Assembly (NCBI GenBank): GCA_045106895.1
Contig: JBGCFM010000010.1
Coordinates: 18,115-82,114 of the forward strand
Length of the DNA stretch: 64,000 nucleotides
From: Polyangiales bacterium
Lineage (GTDB): Bacteria > Myxococcota_A > Polyangia > Polyangiales > Houyiibacteriaceae
Direction of reading: 5' to 3'
Numbering within the stretch: position 1 is the first letter of the stretch; each line of letters starts with the position of its first letter. The notes beneath the pieces are model-generated. The model was not told the origin of the DNA. It saw only the letters and a program-made list of their open reading frames with translations, and did no database searches. This document shows positions 19,622 to 30,100 of this stretch, piece after piece. The translations under genes and the position numbers were made by a program.

Positions 19622-20545
19622 ATGATCAAACAAACACAAAAATGGTTGAGCACCCTCGCTGCTCTCTTCGTCTCCAGCGGCACCGCGTTCGCGCAAGAAG
19701 CGGAGGCAGCATCCGAAGCCGGTGGTGGCGGCTTCGAGTTCACCCCTGAAAAGATGATGGAATACGGCGAGAGCGCTGTTCCTTACCTTCTGAAGGCCAT
19801 CGGTGCCCTCTTCGTCTTCTGGATCGGTCGTCGAATCATCGACAAGATCGTCAAGCTCCTCAACAACGTGATGGAGAAGCGCGGCATCGACCCAACGGTC
19901 GGTCGCTTCGCCTCCAACATGCTCAGCTACGCGCTCCTCGCGGGCCTTGTCCTCGGTATCCTCGGGTACTTCGGCGTCGACACCACGAGCTTCGCGGCTC
20001 TCATCGGCGCTATGGGCCTTGCCGTTGGCCTCGCCCTTCAGGGGACCCTTGGAAACTTCGCCGCTGGCGTCATGATCCTCGTCTTCAAGCCTTTCAAGGT
20101 TGGCGACTTCATCACCGCCGGTGGCTCTACCGGCACCGTCGAAGAGCTCGGTATCTTCAGCACTACGATCAAGACCAACGACAACCAGCAGGTTATCGTC
20201 CCCAACGGCAAGATCTTCGGCGACACCATCATCAACGTGGGTCACAACCCCATTCGCCGCGTCGACATCGACGTTGGCTGTGACTACAGCGCTGACATCG
20301 ACGAGTGCCGCGCGACCCTTGAAACGGTCGTCGACCACATCCCCGACATGATCAAGGACCCCGCTCCTCAGATCTTCCTCGCAAGCCTCGGCGGCTCCTC
20401 CGTTGACTGGCAGGTCCGAATCTGGTGCGACACGCCCAAGTACTGGGACGTTCACCAGCAGACCGTTCGCGCCATCAAGAAGGTCCTCGACGAGAAGGGC
20501 ATCGGCATCCCGTTCCCACAGATGGATGTTCACCTCGACAAGTAA
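19622..20545 (+). CDS. mscS: Small-conductance mechanosensitive channel
   Basis: GLAVGLALQGTLGNFAAG, PFKVGD, VPNG, RRVD, IPFPQ. Confidence 0.95.
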   Translation: MIKQTQKWLSTLAALFVSSGTAFAQEAEAASEAGGGGFEFTPEKMMEYGESAVPYLLKAIGALFVFWIGRRIIDKIVKLLNNVMEKRGIDPTVGRFASNMLSYALLAGLVLGILGYFGVDTTSFAALIGAMGLAVGLALQGTLGNFAAGVMILVFKPFKVGDFITAGGSTGTVEELGIFSTTIKTNDNQQVIVPNGKIFGDTIINVGHNPIRRVDIDVGCDYSADIDECRATLETVVDHIPDMIKDPAPQIFLASLGGSSVDWQVRIWCDTPKYWDVHQQTVRAIKKVLDEKGIGIPFPQMDVHLDK

Positions 20546-20557
20546 GGATTCGGAACG

Positions 20558-20746
20558 ATGAAAGAAACGATCATTAAGAAGTTGCAGGAGGTCGTTGGCC
20601 TCTCCGAAGAACAGGCCACGAAGGCCGCCGATGTCATCATGGATGTCGTCAGCGGCAAAGACGGCGAGGGCGGCATCGCCTCGAAGCTCGGCGGAATGGC
20701 CAGTGGCCTCGGCGGTATGCTCGGAGGCGACAAAGAGGAGAGCTAG
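20558..20746 (+). CDS. Small conserved protein, co-transcribed with mscS
   Basis: 62 aa, GLSEEQA.KA..VI helix and Gly-rich tail; lies before a terminator. Confidence 0.7.
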   Translation: MKETIIKKLQEVVGLSEEQATKAADVIMDVVSGKDGEGGIASKLGGMASGLGGMLGGDKEES

Positions 20747-20789
20747 GCTCCCGCTTTGCCCTATCTAGGCTTCTTTTTCGGAGCCCAAT

Positions 20790-20819
20790 CGCCGCAGCAT
20801 CCCGCTGCGGCGTTTTTTT
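20790..20819 (+). terminator. Rho-independent terminator
   Basis: CGCCGCAGC-ATCCC-GCTGCGGCG followed by a T run. Confidence 0.85.
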
Positions 20820-20875
20820 ATGTCGATTTACGTCCCGGATCAGCGGTACTCAGCCCTGGGGAGAAATAGGAAGTC

Positions 20876-22213
20876 ATGCTTCGCGAACTAGGAATTATCA
20901 TCGCCATCGCTGTCGGGGCCACGTTGGTGGCACCGAAACCCGCGCAAGCGGACAGCGGTCGCTTTCACCTCCACCTCGACCTCGGTCTTGGGGTACCGGT
21001 CACGGGCCCGACGAGTCGGCGGAGCACTCACTCCAGCGATCGACCTATGGGTGGTGTTGGCTGGCTTTCGGCGGACTACCAGTTGGCCCCGCCCGTCGCC
21101 ATCGAGCTGATCTTCGGATATGGCGGTTTCGGCCGACCCTTCGAACGTTCAAGGACCACAGGAGCGAGCTTCACGCACATTGGAATTGGCGCTCGCTTTC
21201 GTTTCATCGACGACGACGCGGGCTACAACAACGAGCCCGACGGCAACCTGCTCAGCAACCTCTGGGTCTCCGCCCACATCGGTTTTATGAGCTACGACAA
21301 ATCGCAGTTCGGAGTCGATGCCGCCATCGGCTACGAACTCAGCGTAGTGCGGCCTTTTCAGCTGGGTGTGTTTGCCCGCACCGCCATCATGTTCGCCGGC
21401 CGCAACGACAGCGCTGACATGATCGTCGTCGCCGGTCTGACTCTGGGGCTTGAGCTTGTGGGCACCCGCGGCGCTACGGACAGCGACGGCGACGGACTCC
21501 CGGACGCACGCGAGGAAGAACTCGGTACGGACCCCTACGACGAGGACACCGACGGCGACCTGATCTCCGACGGCGTCGAAGATGCCACGGGCACCAATCC
21601 GATGGAGCGCGACACCGACAACGACGGTCTCAACGACGGCGTCGAAGACTCCAACCAGAACGGAAGTCTCGACGATGGGGAGACAGACCCACGACTCACA
21701 GACACCGATGGCGGCGGCATGTCCGACCCGGACGAAGTGCGCACTCTGGGTCAAGACCCGCAGTACCCAGGCGATGACGACAGCGACAACGACGGCGTCG
21801 CCAACAGCTTCGACTCTTGCCCGGGAACGCCTGCGGAGACCGAGGTCAACGGCGTCGGCTGTCCACCGGTTCCGGAGACCTTCACCCTTGAGGGCGTCCG
21901 CTTCCAGAGTTCACGGGCGAACATCCTCGACGAGTCCGAGAGCATCCTCTTGGAAGCACTCGAGACGCTTCGCCGAATGCCCGAAGACGCGCGCTTCGAG
22001 ATCGCCGGGCACACCGACAGTCAGGGCACCACCGCGGCGAACCAGCGCCTCTCCCAGCAGCGTGCAGAAGCTGTCCTTCGCTGGCTCATTGAGCACGGCC
22101 TAGACCGCAGTCGCTTTGAGGCCCGGGGCTATGGCGAGGAGGAGCCCATCGACACCAACGACACAGAAGAAGGTCGCGCTCACAATCGGCGCATCGAGTT
22201 CCGGCGCCTGTAG
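20876..22213 (+). CDS. OmpA-family protein: N-terminal beta-barrel, Ca-binding TSP3-like repeats, C-terminal peptidoglycan-binding domain
   Basis: Signal peptide, DSDGDGL/DTDNDGL repeats, GHTD..NQRLS..RA and NRRIEF. Confidence 0.9.
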   Translation: MLRELGIIIAIAVGATLVAPKPAQADSGRFHLHLDLGLGVPVTGPTSRRSTHSSDRPMGGVGWLSADYQLAPPVAIELIFGYGGFGRPFERSRTTGASFTHIGIGARFRFIDDDAGYNNEPDGNLLSNLWVSAHIGFMSYDKSQFGVDAAIGYELSVVRPFQLGVFARTAIMFAGRNDSADMIVVAGLTLGLELVGTRGATDSDGDGLPDAREEELGTDPYDEDTDGDLISDGVEDATGTNPMERDTDNDGLNDGVEDSNQNGSLDDGETDPRLTDTDGGGMSDPDEVRTLGQDPQYPGDDDSDNDGVANSFDSCPGTPAETEVNGVGCPPVPETFTLEGVRFQSSRANILDESESILLEALETLRRMPEDARFEIAGHTDSQGTTAANQRLSQQRAEAVLRWLIEHGLDRSRFEARGYGEEEPIDTNDTEEGRAHNRRIEFRRL

Positions 22214-22234
22214 CGTTCTTCGCTTCGTTCACTT

Positions 22235-22268
22235 GGCCTACTCGATTGCTTTTGCTTTCGGGTAGGCC
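22235..22268. terminator. Hairpin between convergent genes
   Basis: GGCCTACTCGA...TCGGGTAGGCC followed by TTTT. Confidence 0.5.
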
Positions 22269-22324
22269 TTTTGCGTTCTGGCCTCGGCTCTCGTGTGTGC
22301 GCTCCGCGCCGAAGGCATTCTGGA

Positions 22325-22756
22325 CTACGGGTAGGTCTCGTCGACCTCGCCGGAGAAGCTGTGGATACGCACACGCGGTGGGCCGCACCTATGCGTTAGG
22401 TACGCCAGAACTGCGTCTTCTTCTCGCAGGTCTAGGATGCCTCGCGACCCATCGAACTCACCGCCGATATCCGTCGCTACCACGAGCAGGCCCTCTTCGA
22501 TCGCCCGAACACTTGTCCACGCGGCTTCGTGCGAAGTGAAGTGAGCATGCCACCCGCCGAACCCGACGGAGGGGTCCCCATGGCTCAGCCAGAGAATGAT
22601 CGCCAAGAAAGGGTCCTCCGTTGGCGATTCAACCGTGAGCGCCGCGTTCGTCGTCTCGCCGGAGCCCTTTGCTAAAGCGGACAAGTAGGGGCGCCATTCC
22701 GGGCGCCTGGACAGTACGAAATGGAAGAACGCATCTTCTTCGTCCGTGAGAGTCAC
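22325..22756 (-). CDS. Hypothetical protein
   Basis: Fills the gap downstream of the FHA activator on the same strand; globular composition. Confidence 0.55.
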   Translation of the reverse strand: MTLTDEEDAFFHFVLSRRPEWRPYLSALAKGSGETTNAALTVESPTEDPFLAIILWLSHGDPSVGFGGWHAHFTSHEAAWTSVRAIEEGLLVVATDIGGEFDGSRGILDLREEDAVLAYLTHRCGPPRVRIHSFSGEVDETYP

Positions 22757-22769
22757 GCCTTGATGATCT

Positions 22770-24086
22770 TCAGTCGCGGAGGTTGTGTCTCTTCAGCAGA
22801 TGGAAAAGGTGCGAGCGATCCATCTTTGCGCCACGGGCGGCCGCAGCCACGTTGCCACCCGACTCGTCGAGCCAGTGCTTCAAGTAGCGCTGCTCGAAGA
22901 GCATCAGTGCATGGGCCCGAGCGTCTTTGTAGTTCATCGCCAGCGTTGGCGAAAACGGGTCATCTCCGGTTTCGTTTGCGATCTCGGAGGAGAGCCTTGG
23001 AGCCTCGCCCATCGCCAGCGTCGCTTCCACCAGGTTGCGAAGCTCTCGTACGTTTCCGGGCCAGTGATGTCCCGCGAGCCCTTCAAAGAAGCTCTCATTG
23101 AAAAGGGCGATGTCGTCTTGGCTGGGTGCGCCACCACAGAGTTCATCACGAAAGTGAGCGACGAGAGATTCGATGTCCTCACGTCGCTCCCGCAGTGGAG
23201 GAAGCGTGAGGGTAACAACAGCGAGTCGATAGTAGAGGTCGAGACGAAAGCGCCCTTCGTTGACCTCCGCGCGCAGGTCGCGGTTCGTGGCGGCGATGAC
23301 ACGAACATCCACGGCGACATCGGACTGGCCGCCGACGGGGCGAATGCGTTTTCGCTCGAGGGCGCCGAGAAGAACAGACTGGAGGCTCGCGGGCAGCTCG
23401 CCGAGCTCATCCAAGAACAGAGTGCCACCGTGGGCTCGTTCAAAAGCGCCGGTGTGTTTGCGTTCGGCGCCGGTGAACGCGCCACGTTCATGGCCGAAGA
23501 GCTCGCTTGCGACCAGGTTCGGCGCAATGGCCCCACAGTCCACCGTGACGAAAGGTCCGGAGCTGCGTTTGCCGGCGTCGTGAAGCGCGCGGGCGACGAG
23601 CTCTTTCCCGGTCCCGCTTTCACCGATCACCAAACACGACGCGCCCGAGGCTGCGACGCGACCTGTCAACGCGAGGAGCTGCTGAATGGCGCTGCTCTCG
23701 CCGACAATTCCGTCGATGGGTGTGACGCCCATGGAGCGCGTCTCGCCGTGTGAGATCGCGATGGTCGTCTGACCTACCTGCACATCCGCACGCGTCGGCA
23801 GGGTTCCTCGACCAATGCGCACTCGGCCCACGCGGGTACCATTTGTCGAGCGGTGGTCCGTGACGTGAATGCCGCCGGGTGTGGCTTCGAACTCGGCGTG
23901 GAAGCGAGAGACGGTCTTGTCCGTCAGCACGAGGTCGTTGCCAACGCCGCTCCCCACGGTGAGGATTGGACCTTCACTTGCAACTCGTTTGCCTGCATCC
24001 GGCCCGGAAACGACCTCCACGCTCAGGGTGCTGAGCTCAAGGTCCCGCGTTAGGGAATCCACCGGCAATGTCGTTTTCTCGTTCAC
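22770..24086 (-). CDS. FHA-domain sigma54 enhancer-binding protein
   Basis: FHA (VGS..D..VSRFH..STNGT), [25 protein letters not shown]. Start moved to GTG 24086. Confidence 0.92.
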   Translation of the reverse strand: MNEKTTLPVDSLTRDLELSTLSVEVVSGPDAGKRVASEGPILTVGSGVGNDLVLTDKTVSRFHAEFEATPGGIHVTDHRSTNGTRVGRVRIGRGTLPTRADVQVGQTTIAISHGETRSMGVTPIDGIVGESSAIQQLLALTGRVAASGASCLVIGESGTGKELVARALHDAGKRSSGPFVTVDCGAIAPNLVASELFGHERGAFTGAERKHTGAFERAHGGTLFLDELGELPASLQSVLLGALERKRIRPVGGQSDVAVDVRVIAATNRDLRAEVNEGRFRLDLYYRLAVVTLTLPPLRERREDIESLVAHFRDELCGGAPSQDDIALFNESFFEGLAGHHWPGNVRELRNLVEATLAMGEAPRLSSEIANETGDDPFSPTLAMNYKDARAHALMLFEQRYLKHWLDESGGNVAAAARGAKMDRSHLFHLLKRHNLRD

Positions 24087-24195
24087 GGGGTCGACCTTAA
24101 CATGAAGGCGAGCGCCGAACGACACCCTTGAACGTAGGAATTTGCAGGTTTTCTGGGTCGTGCATCCCAGGTCGATGTGCTCTACGCTCGCCCTC

Positions 24196-25944
24196 ATGTC
24201 GGGCATCTCCAACCCGCGGATCCCTTTTCGCTTCAAGTTGACCCTTCTGGGAGCCGCGCTTGCCACGATTCCTCTGGCTTTCGTCGGCTGGCGCGTCCTC
24301 GACGTGAACAAGCAAGCTGTAAAAGCCAACAGCCACGAGATCCAACTCGCGATCTTGGAAGACATCGCGCGAACCATTGAGGAGAGCTTCGCCGACGCCC
24401 AGGATGCCCTCGACGGTGTCGGCCGGGTCCTTACGGATACTTCTCTTGACGAAGGCTCTACGGAGCGACTCGCAGCGAACATTCTCTCCAGCCACGCCCG
24501 GGTCGACCACGCAGGAATCTATGGACCCGATGGGGGCTTTCTCGACGCACTCGTTGAAGAACGCGCCGAGGGAGTAGAGCTGCCGCCGCAGTTGGATGAC
24601 AACACCATCGAAGAAGCGTCTTCGGAAGGCGTCGCGACGGGCGCGGCCCAACTCGTTCTCGGATCGCCGCGTGTGATGATCGTGCTGCCACTACGCGTGG
24701 GCGATCAGGTCAGCGGCTACGTTGCAACCTACCTAAGCCTGGACGCGCTGCAGTCGCGCGTCGAGCGCCTCAACGAGCTGCGCTTCGAAGGTCGGCCGGA
24801 CTCTCTCTTCGTCGTCGACAACGAGCGGCGTCTCATCGCGCATCCATCGCACACGGCAGGTTTCCTCGAGCCTATGGACGAACCCGTGCTCGAAGGGATC
24901 GCCGAGCGCGTGCTCACGGAGAACTACCAACAGTCAGGCGAGTTCGAACGCGCCGGCGACGGGATGGTGGGAACGGTCGTCGGTTTGCGCTTTGTTCCGT
25001 GGGCGCTTGTGGCGCAGGTCCCGCAATCCGTTGCCTACGTGTCCCTTTTTCGAATCCGCCAAATCGTACTCATCACGTTGGCCATCGTTATCTTCCTTTC
25101 GCTGATCGCAGCGTTCTATGTGGCACGGCAGATTACGCACCCTATTCGTCAGCTCGCGGCATTTGCGGGGGATCTCGCCGCGCGACGTTTCGACCGTCGC
25201 ATCACCGTTGAGACGCGCGATGAGCTGGGCGTTCTCGGTGATGTAATGAGCGCCGCCGCGGCTGAGCTGCAAGGAAGCGAAGAGCGAATACGTGAAGAGA
25301 TTGCGATTCGGAGCGACCTTGGTCGCTATCTGCCCCACGAGCTGGTGGAGAAGGTCGTCGCGCGCGAACAGGATATGGCCCTTGGCGGTGCACGTCGAAA
25401 CGTGTCCGTACTCTTCGCCGACGTCGTCGCCTTCACGCCTTTGACGGACCGACTCGCGGCGGAAGAAGTCGTCGGCCTCCTCAACGAGCTTTTCACGATT
25501 ATGACGGACATTGTCTTTCGGCACGACGGGACCATCGACAAGTTTATCGGCGATTGCGTGATGGCGGTTTGGGGAGCCGCCGACACCGATGATGACCACG
25601 CCGCGAAAGCTGTCGCTGCGGCGGACGACATGATGCGCTGGCTCGAAGCCGGAAACTCCGTATGGGAGGAACGTTTCGGCATTCGAATCGAGCTGGCCAT
25701 CGGGATCAACACGGGCGACGCCGTTGTGGGCAACATCGGCAGCGAGTCGCGCATGGAGTACACAGTCATCGGTGACACCGTCAACGTGGCGGCGCGTCTT
25801 GAGAGTATCGCGCGCCCCTCACAGATTCTGATCACCGCGGCTACGGCAAAGGCCATCGACGATGCCTTTGACGTTCGGAGCCTGGGGATGCGCAAGCTGT
25901 CGGGTCGGAAGGAAGAGCTAGAGCTCTTCGAGGTCTCCCCGTGA
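24196..25944 (+). CDS. Membrane class III adenylate cyclase (Cache-like sensor, HAMP, cyclase)
   Basis: Two TM helices, [44 protein letters not shown]. Confidence 0.93.
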   Translation: MSGISNPRIPFRFKLTLLGAALATIPLAFVGWRVLDVNKQAVKANSHEIQLAILEDIARTIEESFADAQDALDGVGRVLTDTSLDEGSTERLAANILSSHARVDHAGIYGPDGGFLDALVEERAEGVELPPQLDDNTIEEASSEGVATGAAQLVLGSPRVMIVLPLRVGDQVSGYVATYLSLDALQSRVERLNELRFEGRPDSLFVVDNERRLIAHPSHTAGFLEPMDEPVLEGIAERVLTENYQQSGEFERAGDGMVGTVVGLRFVPWALVAQVPQSVAYVSLFRIRQIVLITLAIVIFLSLIAAFYVARQITHPIRQLAAFAGDLAARRFDRRITVETRDELGVLGDVMSAAAAELQGSEERIREEIAIRSDLGRYLPHELVEKVVAREQDMALGGARRNVSVLFADVVAFTPLTDRLAAEEVVGLLNELFTIMTDIVFRHDGTIDKFIGDCVMAVWGAADTDDDHAAKAVAAADDMMRWLEAGNSVWEERFGIRIELAIGINTGDAVVGNIGSESRMEYTVIGDTVNVAARLESIARPSQILITAATAKAIDDAFDVRSLGMRKLSGRKEELELFEVSP

Positions 25945-27239
25945 GCGCCAAGCTTCCCGCCGTCGGCGACGTCATCGCAGGTCGCTACAAAGTGCTGGAG
26001 CGCATTGGCGAAGGAGGAATGGGCGCCGTCTTTCGGACCGAGCAGGTCGGCCTCGGGCGTGAGGTCGCCGTCAAGATCATCCTCCCTGAGAAAGCGGGCT
26101 CCGAGCGCGCTCGAAAACGGTTCCTTCGCGAGGCGCGTGTCACCGCGTCCGTCAAGCACACCGGCGTCGTTCAGATCCTCGAGTACGGCGACGAGGGCGG
26201 GCTGCTCTTCATCGCGATGGAGCTTCTGAACGGCCCAACGCTTCGTGACCTCGTCGACTTCGACAAGCCGCCTCTTGGACAATCCAAAGCGATCTCTTAC
26301 GCGTTGGAGGTGGCGGAGATCCTCGACGCCACCGCGCGATTGCCGCTCGTCCACCGCGACCTGAAGCCCGAGAACATTCTCTTCGACACCAACGTGAGCG
26401 GCGAAGAGCGGATCGTTCTCGTCGACTTTGGATTGGCCTTCGCCACCGAAGGGGACGCCACGACCGGTCGTCTCACGCAGGAAGGCGTTCTGTCCGGAAC
26501 GCCGGACTATATGTCTCCGGAGCAATGCCGCGCAGACGCTGTCGGCCCGCCCTGCGATGTGTATGCGCTCGGCTGCATCCTCTACGAGATGCTCACGAGT
26601 CAGCCTCCTTTTCGTGGTGAGCCTGCGGTGCTTCTCTCGCGTCATCTATTCGCCCCTCCGAAGTCGATCCGAGTGGCCCATCCAGACATCGAGGTTCACG
26701 GGTCGCTCGATGAGCTTCTTATGGAGATGCTCGACAAGAATCCGCAGACGCGCCCGACGGCCGCGACCGTCGTCGACCGACTTCGCCGATTGGACGCTCG
26801 CGCACCTGAGCGTATGAGCGGTCGCGCTGAAGGTACCGACCGCCATGGGCGTGCAGCTCGTATGGTGAGCTCGCCCAGTGTTCATCCGCCGCCGACAAGT
26901 CCGCTGACGCGTCTCGGTCGACTGCTGTGGGTGGGGCCGCTAGAAGAAGCCGAGCATCTCGCGCTTTCGGTGGCAGGAGTGCAGGTACGTGTCGTCGAAG
27001 AGGGCTCCCCAGAGCTGCTGAATTCCGTCGACCCCGTCTTTTTGACCGCACCCACCACGGACCTGGTCGCGTCCTTGTGCACCACGCACGCCGTGATCGT
27101 CGCCGTGTCTTCGGCTGATATCGGGGAGCTGAGCCAAATGCTCCGAGCGGGCGCTTCCGAGGCGGTCCCCAGCGGTTCGGATTCCAGCGATCTTGTTCGC
27201 AAGGTCACCCGCGTGCTCCGCCGCCGTCGTCGCAAGTAA
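25941..27239 (+). CDS. Ser/Thr protein kinase with degenerate C-terminal receiver-like domain
   Basis: GEGGMG, VAVK, HRDLKPEN, DFG, GTPDYMSPE; tail LRAGA..DLVRKVTRVL. Confidence 0.9.
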   Translation: MSAKLPAVGDVIAGRYKVLERIGEGGMGAVFRTEQVGLGREVAVKIILPEKAGSERARKRFLREARVTASVKHTGVVQILEYGDEGGLLFIAMELLNGPTLRDLVDFDKPPLGQSKAISYALEVAEILDATARLPLVHRDLKPENILFDTNVSGEERIVLVDFGLAFATEGDATTGRLTQEGVLSGTPDYMSPEQCRADAVGPPCDVYALGCILYEMLTSQPPFRGEPAVLLSRHLFAPPKSIRVAHPDIEVHGSLDELLMEMLDKNPQTRPTAATVVDRLRRLDARAPERMSGRAEGTDRHGRAARMVSSPSVHPPPTSPLTRLGRLLWVGPLEEAEHLALSVAGVQVRVVEEGSPELLNSVDPVFLTAPTTDLVASLCTTHAVIVAVSSADIGELSQMLRAGASEAVPSGSDSSDLVRKVTRVLRRRRRK

Positions 27240-27317
27240 GAGAAATCTCATTCACCCGTTTGGGGGCTTTGGACTCTTCCAGCCACAGGCGAACATCGGT
27301 CATGGTCTCGAAAAGCT

Positions 27318-29450
27318 TTGACCGCGGGGCGCTCTGATCCGACGCTCCCGGATATGCGTTGGAGAAAAGTCGGCGAGCTCCTCGGCGGGCGCTACCGCCT
27401 GAAGCGATCTCTCGCGCACGATGAGAGTACGGGCACTTACTACAACGCCTACGACGAACGGCTTCGTCGACCCGTCACCGTCAAGTGTCTTCATGAGAGT
27501 CGCAACGAGCGAACCCTGAGACGCTACGAGCGCGAGGCACGCATTCTCGGTGCTCTGAATCACGAGACACTCCTTCAGGTCTACGACGTCGTATTGGATG
27601 AAGATGATCCGTACCTTGTCATGGAGGGGGTGGATGCGGAGCCGCTCTCGACTTTCCTGAAGGCCCCGATGGAAGTGGACGCTGCCTGCGACATCGCGGA
27701 GTCACTCACCGAAGGCCTCAACCTCGCTCACGCACGCGGGTTCGTTCATCGGCGCATGCTCCCAGACTTTGTGCTCATGAACGAAGAAGGCGGCGCGAAG
27801 CTAATCGGTTTTGGTCGTGCAAGCCTGGGCGGCGGTCATAGCTCATCGACCAGTGATATTCAGGCGGGTCCCAGTCCATTCACGAGCCCCGAGCTCTTCC
27901 TCCGTGATGACCGCGATCCGCGTACGGACCTGTACGGGATCGGTGGCGTTCTCTATTTCCTTTTGACCGGCCAACCGCCCGTCGTCATCGAGGGGCCGGG
28001 AGTCGCGGAGGCGATCCGCGCCGTGATGCAAGGGCCGCGCACGCCCCTTCGCGAGCATCGCCCCGAGCTGAGTCCTGCCCTCGACGCGTTCCTTACACGC
28101 TGTCTGGCCCTCGAAGTTAACGACCGCCCACAAAGCGCCGTGGATCTGCTCAGCGAGCTGCGCGCAGCACGCGACGCGGCGCCGTCGGTCGAAACAAGCA
28201 ACGATACCCCGGCGAGAAGTGACGACGCCCCCGTCCGTCCAGGCGAGAAGCTTGCGGAACGCTACGTCGCAGAATCCGTCATCGGTCGAGGCTCCCACGG
28301 CACCGTCATTCTGGCGCGTGACTTTGAGCTGCAGCGCGATGTCGCCATCAAGTTCATTCAAGGCGGAACGGCGGAGCTCCTCCCGGAGGCGCGGGCCATG
28401 GCCAGGGTCACCCATCCAAATGTTGTGCAGGTGTACGACGTGGGCACCCACCCTCCCTATGCCTACCTCGTGATGGAAAACGTGCCTGGGCATTCCGTCG
28501 AGGACCGTCTCCAGAGCGGTCCTGTCAAGCTCGACGAGGCCATCGCCATCGTCGACCAGGCGGCGCGCGGACTCGAAGCGATTCACTCCGCGGGACTTGT
28601 TCACGGCGACATCAAGCCCAGCAATATTCTGATCGGGCCGGCCTATCGCGTTTGTCTCGCGGACTTCGGTTTGGTCCGCACTTTTGCGACGTACGCCGGG
28701 GATGAAGGTCTGGGCGGCACACCTGGGTACTTCGCGCCAGAGCGAGTCACTCGAACGATCCGCGAAGAGACGGCTCGAGCCATCGATATCTATTCGTTAG
28801 GCATTCTCACCTACGAGTTGCTGACGGGTGAGCTTCCCTATCAGGGGAAAACGCCACTCGAGGTACTAGAGCGTCACCGCGCTGCGCCTCTCCCCGTGCT
28901 ACCAGCCAGCCTTGGCGTCAGTGCTTTTGACGAAGTGATCTCCTGCGCCCTCGCGAAGTCACCTGACGCGCGGTTCAACAGCGCCAAAGCGTTTCGTCGC
29001 GCGCTCCTCGATGCACACACAAAGCAGGTTCAGGCTCCCCGCTCGGCGGACGTGCTGCTCGTACAGTCCGTGGACCGCTCCCGTGGCGAAACACGTCAGA
29101 GCATCATGCAACAAGTCCAGGGGGCCAATGTGCGCACGGCCTCGGGAGGCTCCGCAGCCCTCGAGAGCATTCGAGACCAGCGCCCCGACCTCGTCTTGAT
29201 GGACATGCAGCTCAGCGACATGAACGGCATCGAGTTCGCCGCCACGCTGCGGGCAAACCACGATGTTCCGCCGCCGATCGTCGTGTTCTCCGCGGTGGGT
29301 TCCGCTTCTGACTGGCAGGTTCTCTCGGCGCTCGGGGTGGAGGCGTTCCTCTTGGAGCCCGTCGACCCCGAGATGCTCGCGCTCACCGTTCGGCGTGTCT
29401 TGGCGCGCGTGAGCACGCGGCCGCCGGCTGCCGCTTCGGCCCCCCGGTAG
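27318..29450 (+). CDS. Pseudokinase - Ser/Thr kinase - receiver domain protein
   Basis: Domain 1 has HRRMLPDF/IGFG. Domain 2 has GRGSHG, VAIK, HGDIKPSN, DFG. C-terminal DLVLMDMQL receiver. Confidence 0.88.
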   Translation: MTAGRSDPTLPDMRWRKVGELLGGRYRLKRSLAHDESTGTYYNAYDERLRRPVTVKCLHESRNERTLRRYEREARILGALNHETLLQVYDVVLDEDDPYLVMEGVDAEPLSTFLKAPMEVDAACDIAESLTEGLNLAHARGFVHRRMLPDFVLMNEEGGAKLIGFGRASLGGGHSSSTSDIQAGPSPFTSPELFLRDDRDPRTDLYGIGGVLYFLLTGQPPVVIEGPGVAEAIRAVMQGPRTPLREHRPELSPALDAFLTRCLALEVNDRPQSAVDLLSELRAARDAAPSVETSNDTPARSDDAPVRPGEKLAERYVAESVIGRGSHGTVILARDFELQRDVAIKFIQGGTAELLPEARAMARVTHPNVVQVYDVGTHPPYAYLVMENVPGHSVEDRLQSGPVKLDEAIAIVDQAARGLEAIHSAGLVHGDIKPSNILIGPAYRVCLADFGLVRTFATYAGDEGLGGTPGYFAPERVTRTIREETARAIDIYSLGILTYELLTGELPYQGKTPLEVLERHRAAPLPVLPASLGVSAFDEVISCALAKSPDARFNSAKAFRRALLDAHTKQVQAPRSADVLLVQSVDRSRGETRQSIMQQVQGANVRTASGGSAALESIRDQRPDLVLMDMQLSDMNGIEFAATLRANHDVPPPIVVFSAVGSASDWQVLSALGVEAFLLEPVDPEMLALTVRRVLARVSTRPPAAASAPR

Positions 29451-29452
29451 CG

Positions 29453-30100
29453 CTAGATTTCGACGAGATACTCGTCGCGTGTCTTCCGTTCGATAGCCGG
29501 CACCTCACAACCCTCAGCCGGGTAGCCGACGGGAATCAGAAGAAAGGGCCGTTCGTTGTTCGGTCGCTTCAGCAACTCCGTCAGAAACTTCATGGGGCTG
29601 GGCGTGTGCGTCAGCGTCGCAAAGCCGGCGTCGTGGAGCGCCGAAAGAAGCACGCCCGTTGCGATTCCGACGGACTCGCTCACGTAGTAGTGCCTCTCAC
29701 CCTCTGCTCCGGTTCGCTGCGCGAAGACCACGATGAGAGCCGGCGCGTCATCCAAGAAAGGCTTTTCTGGGCCGGTCCCAAAAGCGGCGAGGTCTTCCAG
29801 CCAGCCCTCCGGCGCGCGACCGCTGTAGAAGGCTCGCTCCTCTTCCTCGGCAGCTTCACGGATGGCTGACTTCGTCGCGGGATCGCTTACGAGGACGAAA
29901 GTCCACGGCTGTTTGTGTGCCCCACTCGGGGCCGTCGATGCCGCGTCGATGCACGTTCGAACAGCATCAAGCGGGATTGCGCGGCTCGAATACTCACGAA
30001 CCGATCGCCGCCGGGCTACATTTTCTTGGAACGCTTTGGCCCGAGTCTGGCTCTCTTCGGGGGTTCGGCGTTCGAAATCCAACGGTTTCATGGCGGGCAT
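29453..30100 (-). CDS. Iodotyrosine deiodinase-like flavoprotein (nitroreductase superfamily)
   Basis: RRSVR, APSGAHKQPW, IREAAEEEE..FY, KPFL, YVSESVGIA, LTHTPSPM, PVGYP. Start at 30100 or 30091. Confidence 0.85.
   Translation of the reverse strand: MPAMKPLDFERRTPEESQTRAKAFQENVARRRSVREYSSRAIPLDAVRTCIDAASTAPSGAHKQPWTFVLVSDPATKSAIREAAEEEERAFYSGRAPEGWLEDLAAFGTGPEKPFLDDAPALIVVFAQRTGAEGERHYYVSESVGIATGVLLSALHDAGFATLTHTPSPMKFLTELLKRPNNERPFLLIPVGYPAEGCEVPAIERKTRDEYLVEI

Noticed and set aside
21470..21800. Repeated GACxxCGAC units resembling an array
   Set aside because: These are coding Asp-rich calcium-binding repeats. There is no constant repeat with unique spacers, so it is not CRISPR.
20876..22213. 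Possible TraB (outer-membrane exchange) ortholog
   Set aside because: The barrel-TSP3-OmpA architecture is common in myxobacteria, and no traA-like gene is adjacent.
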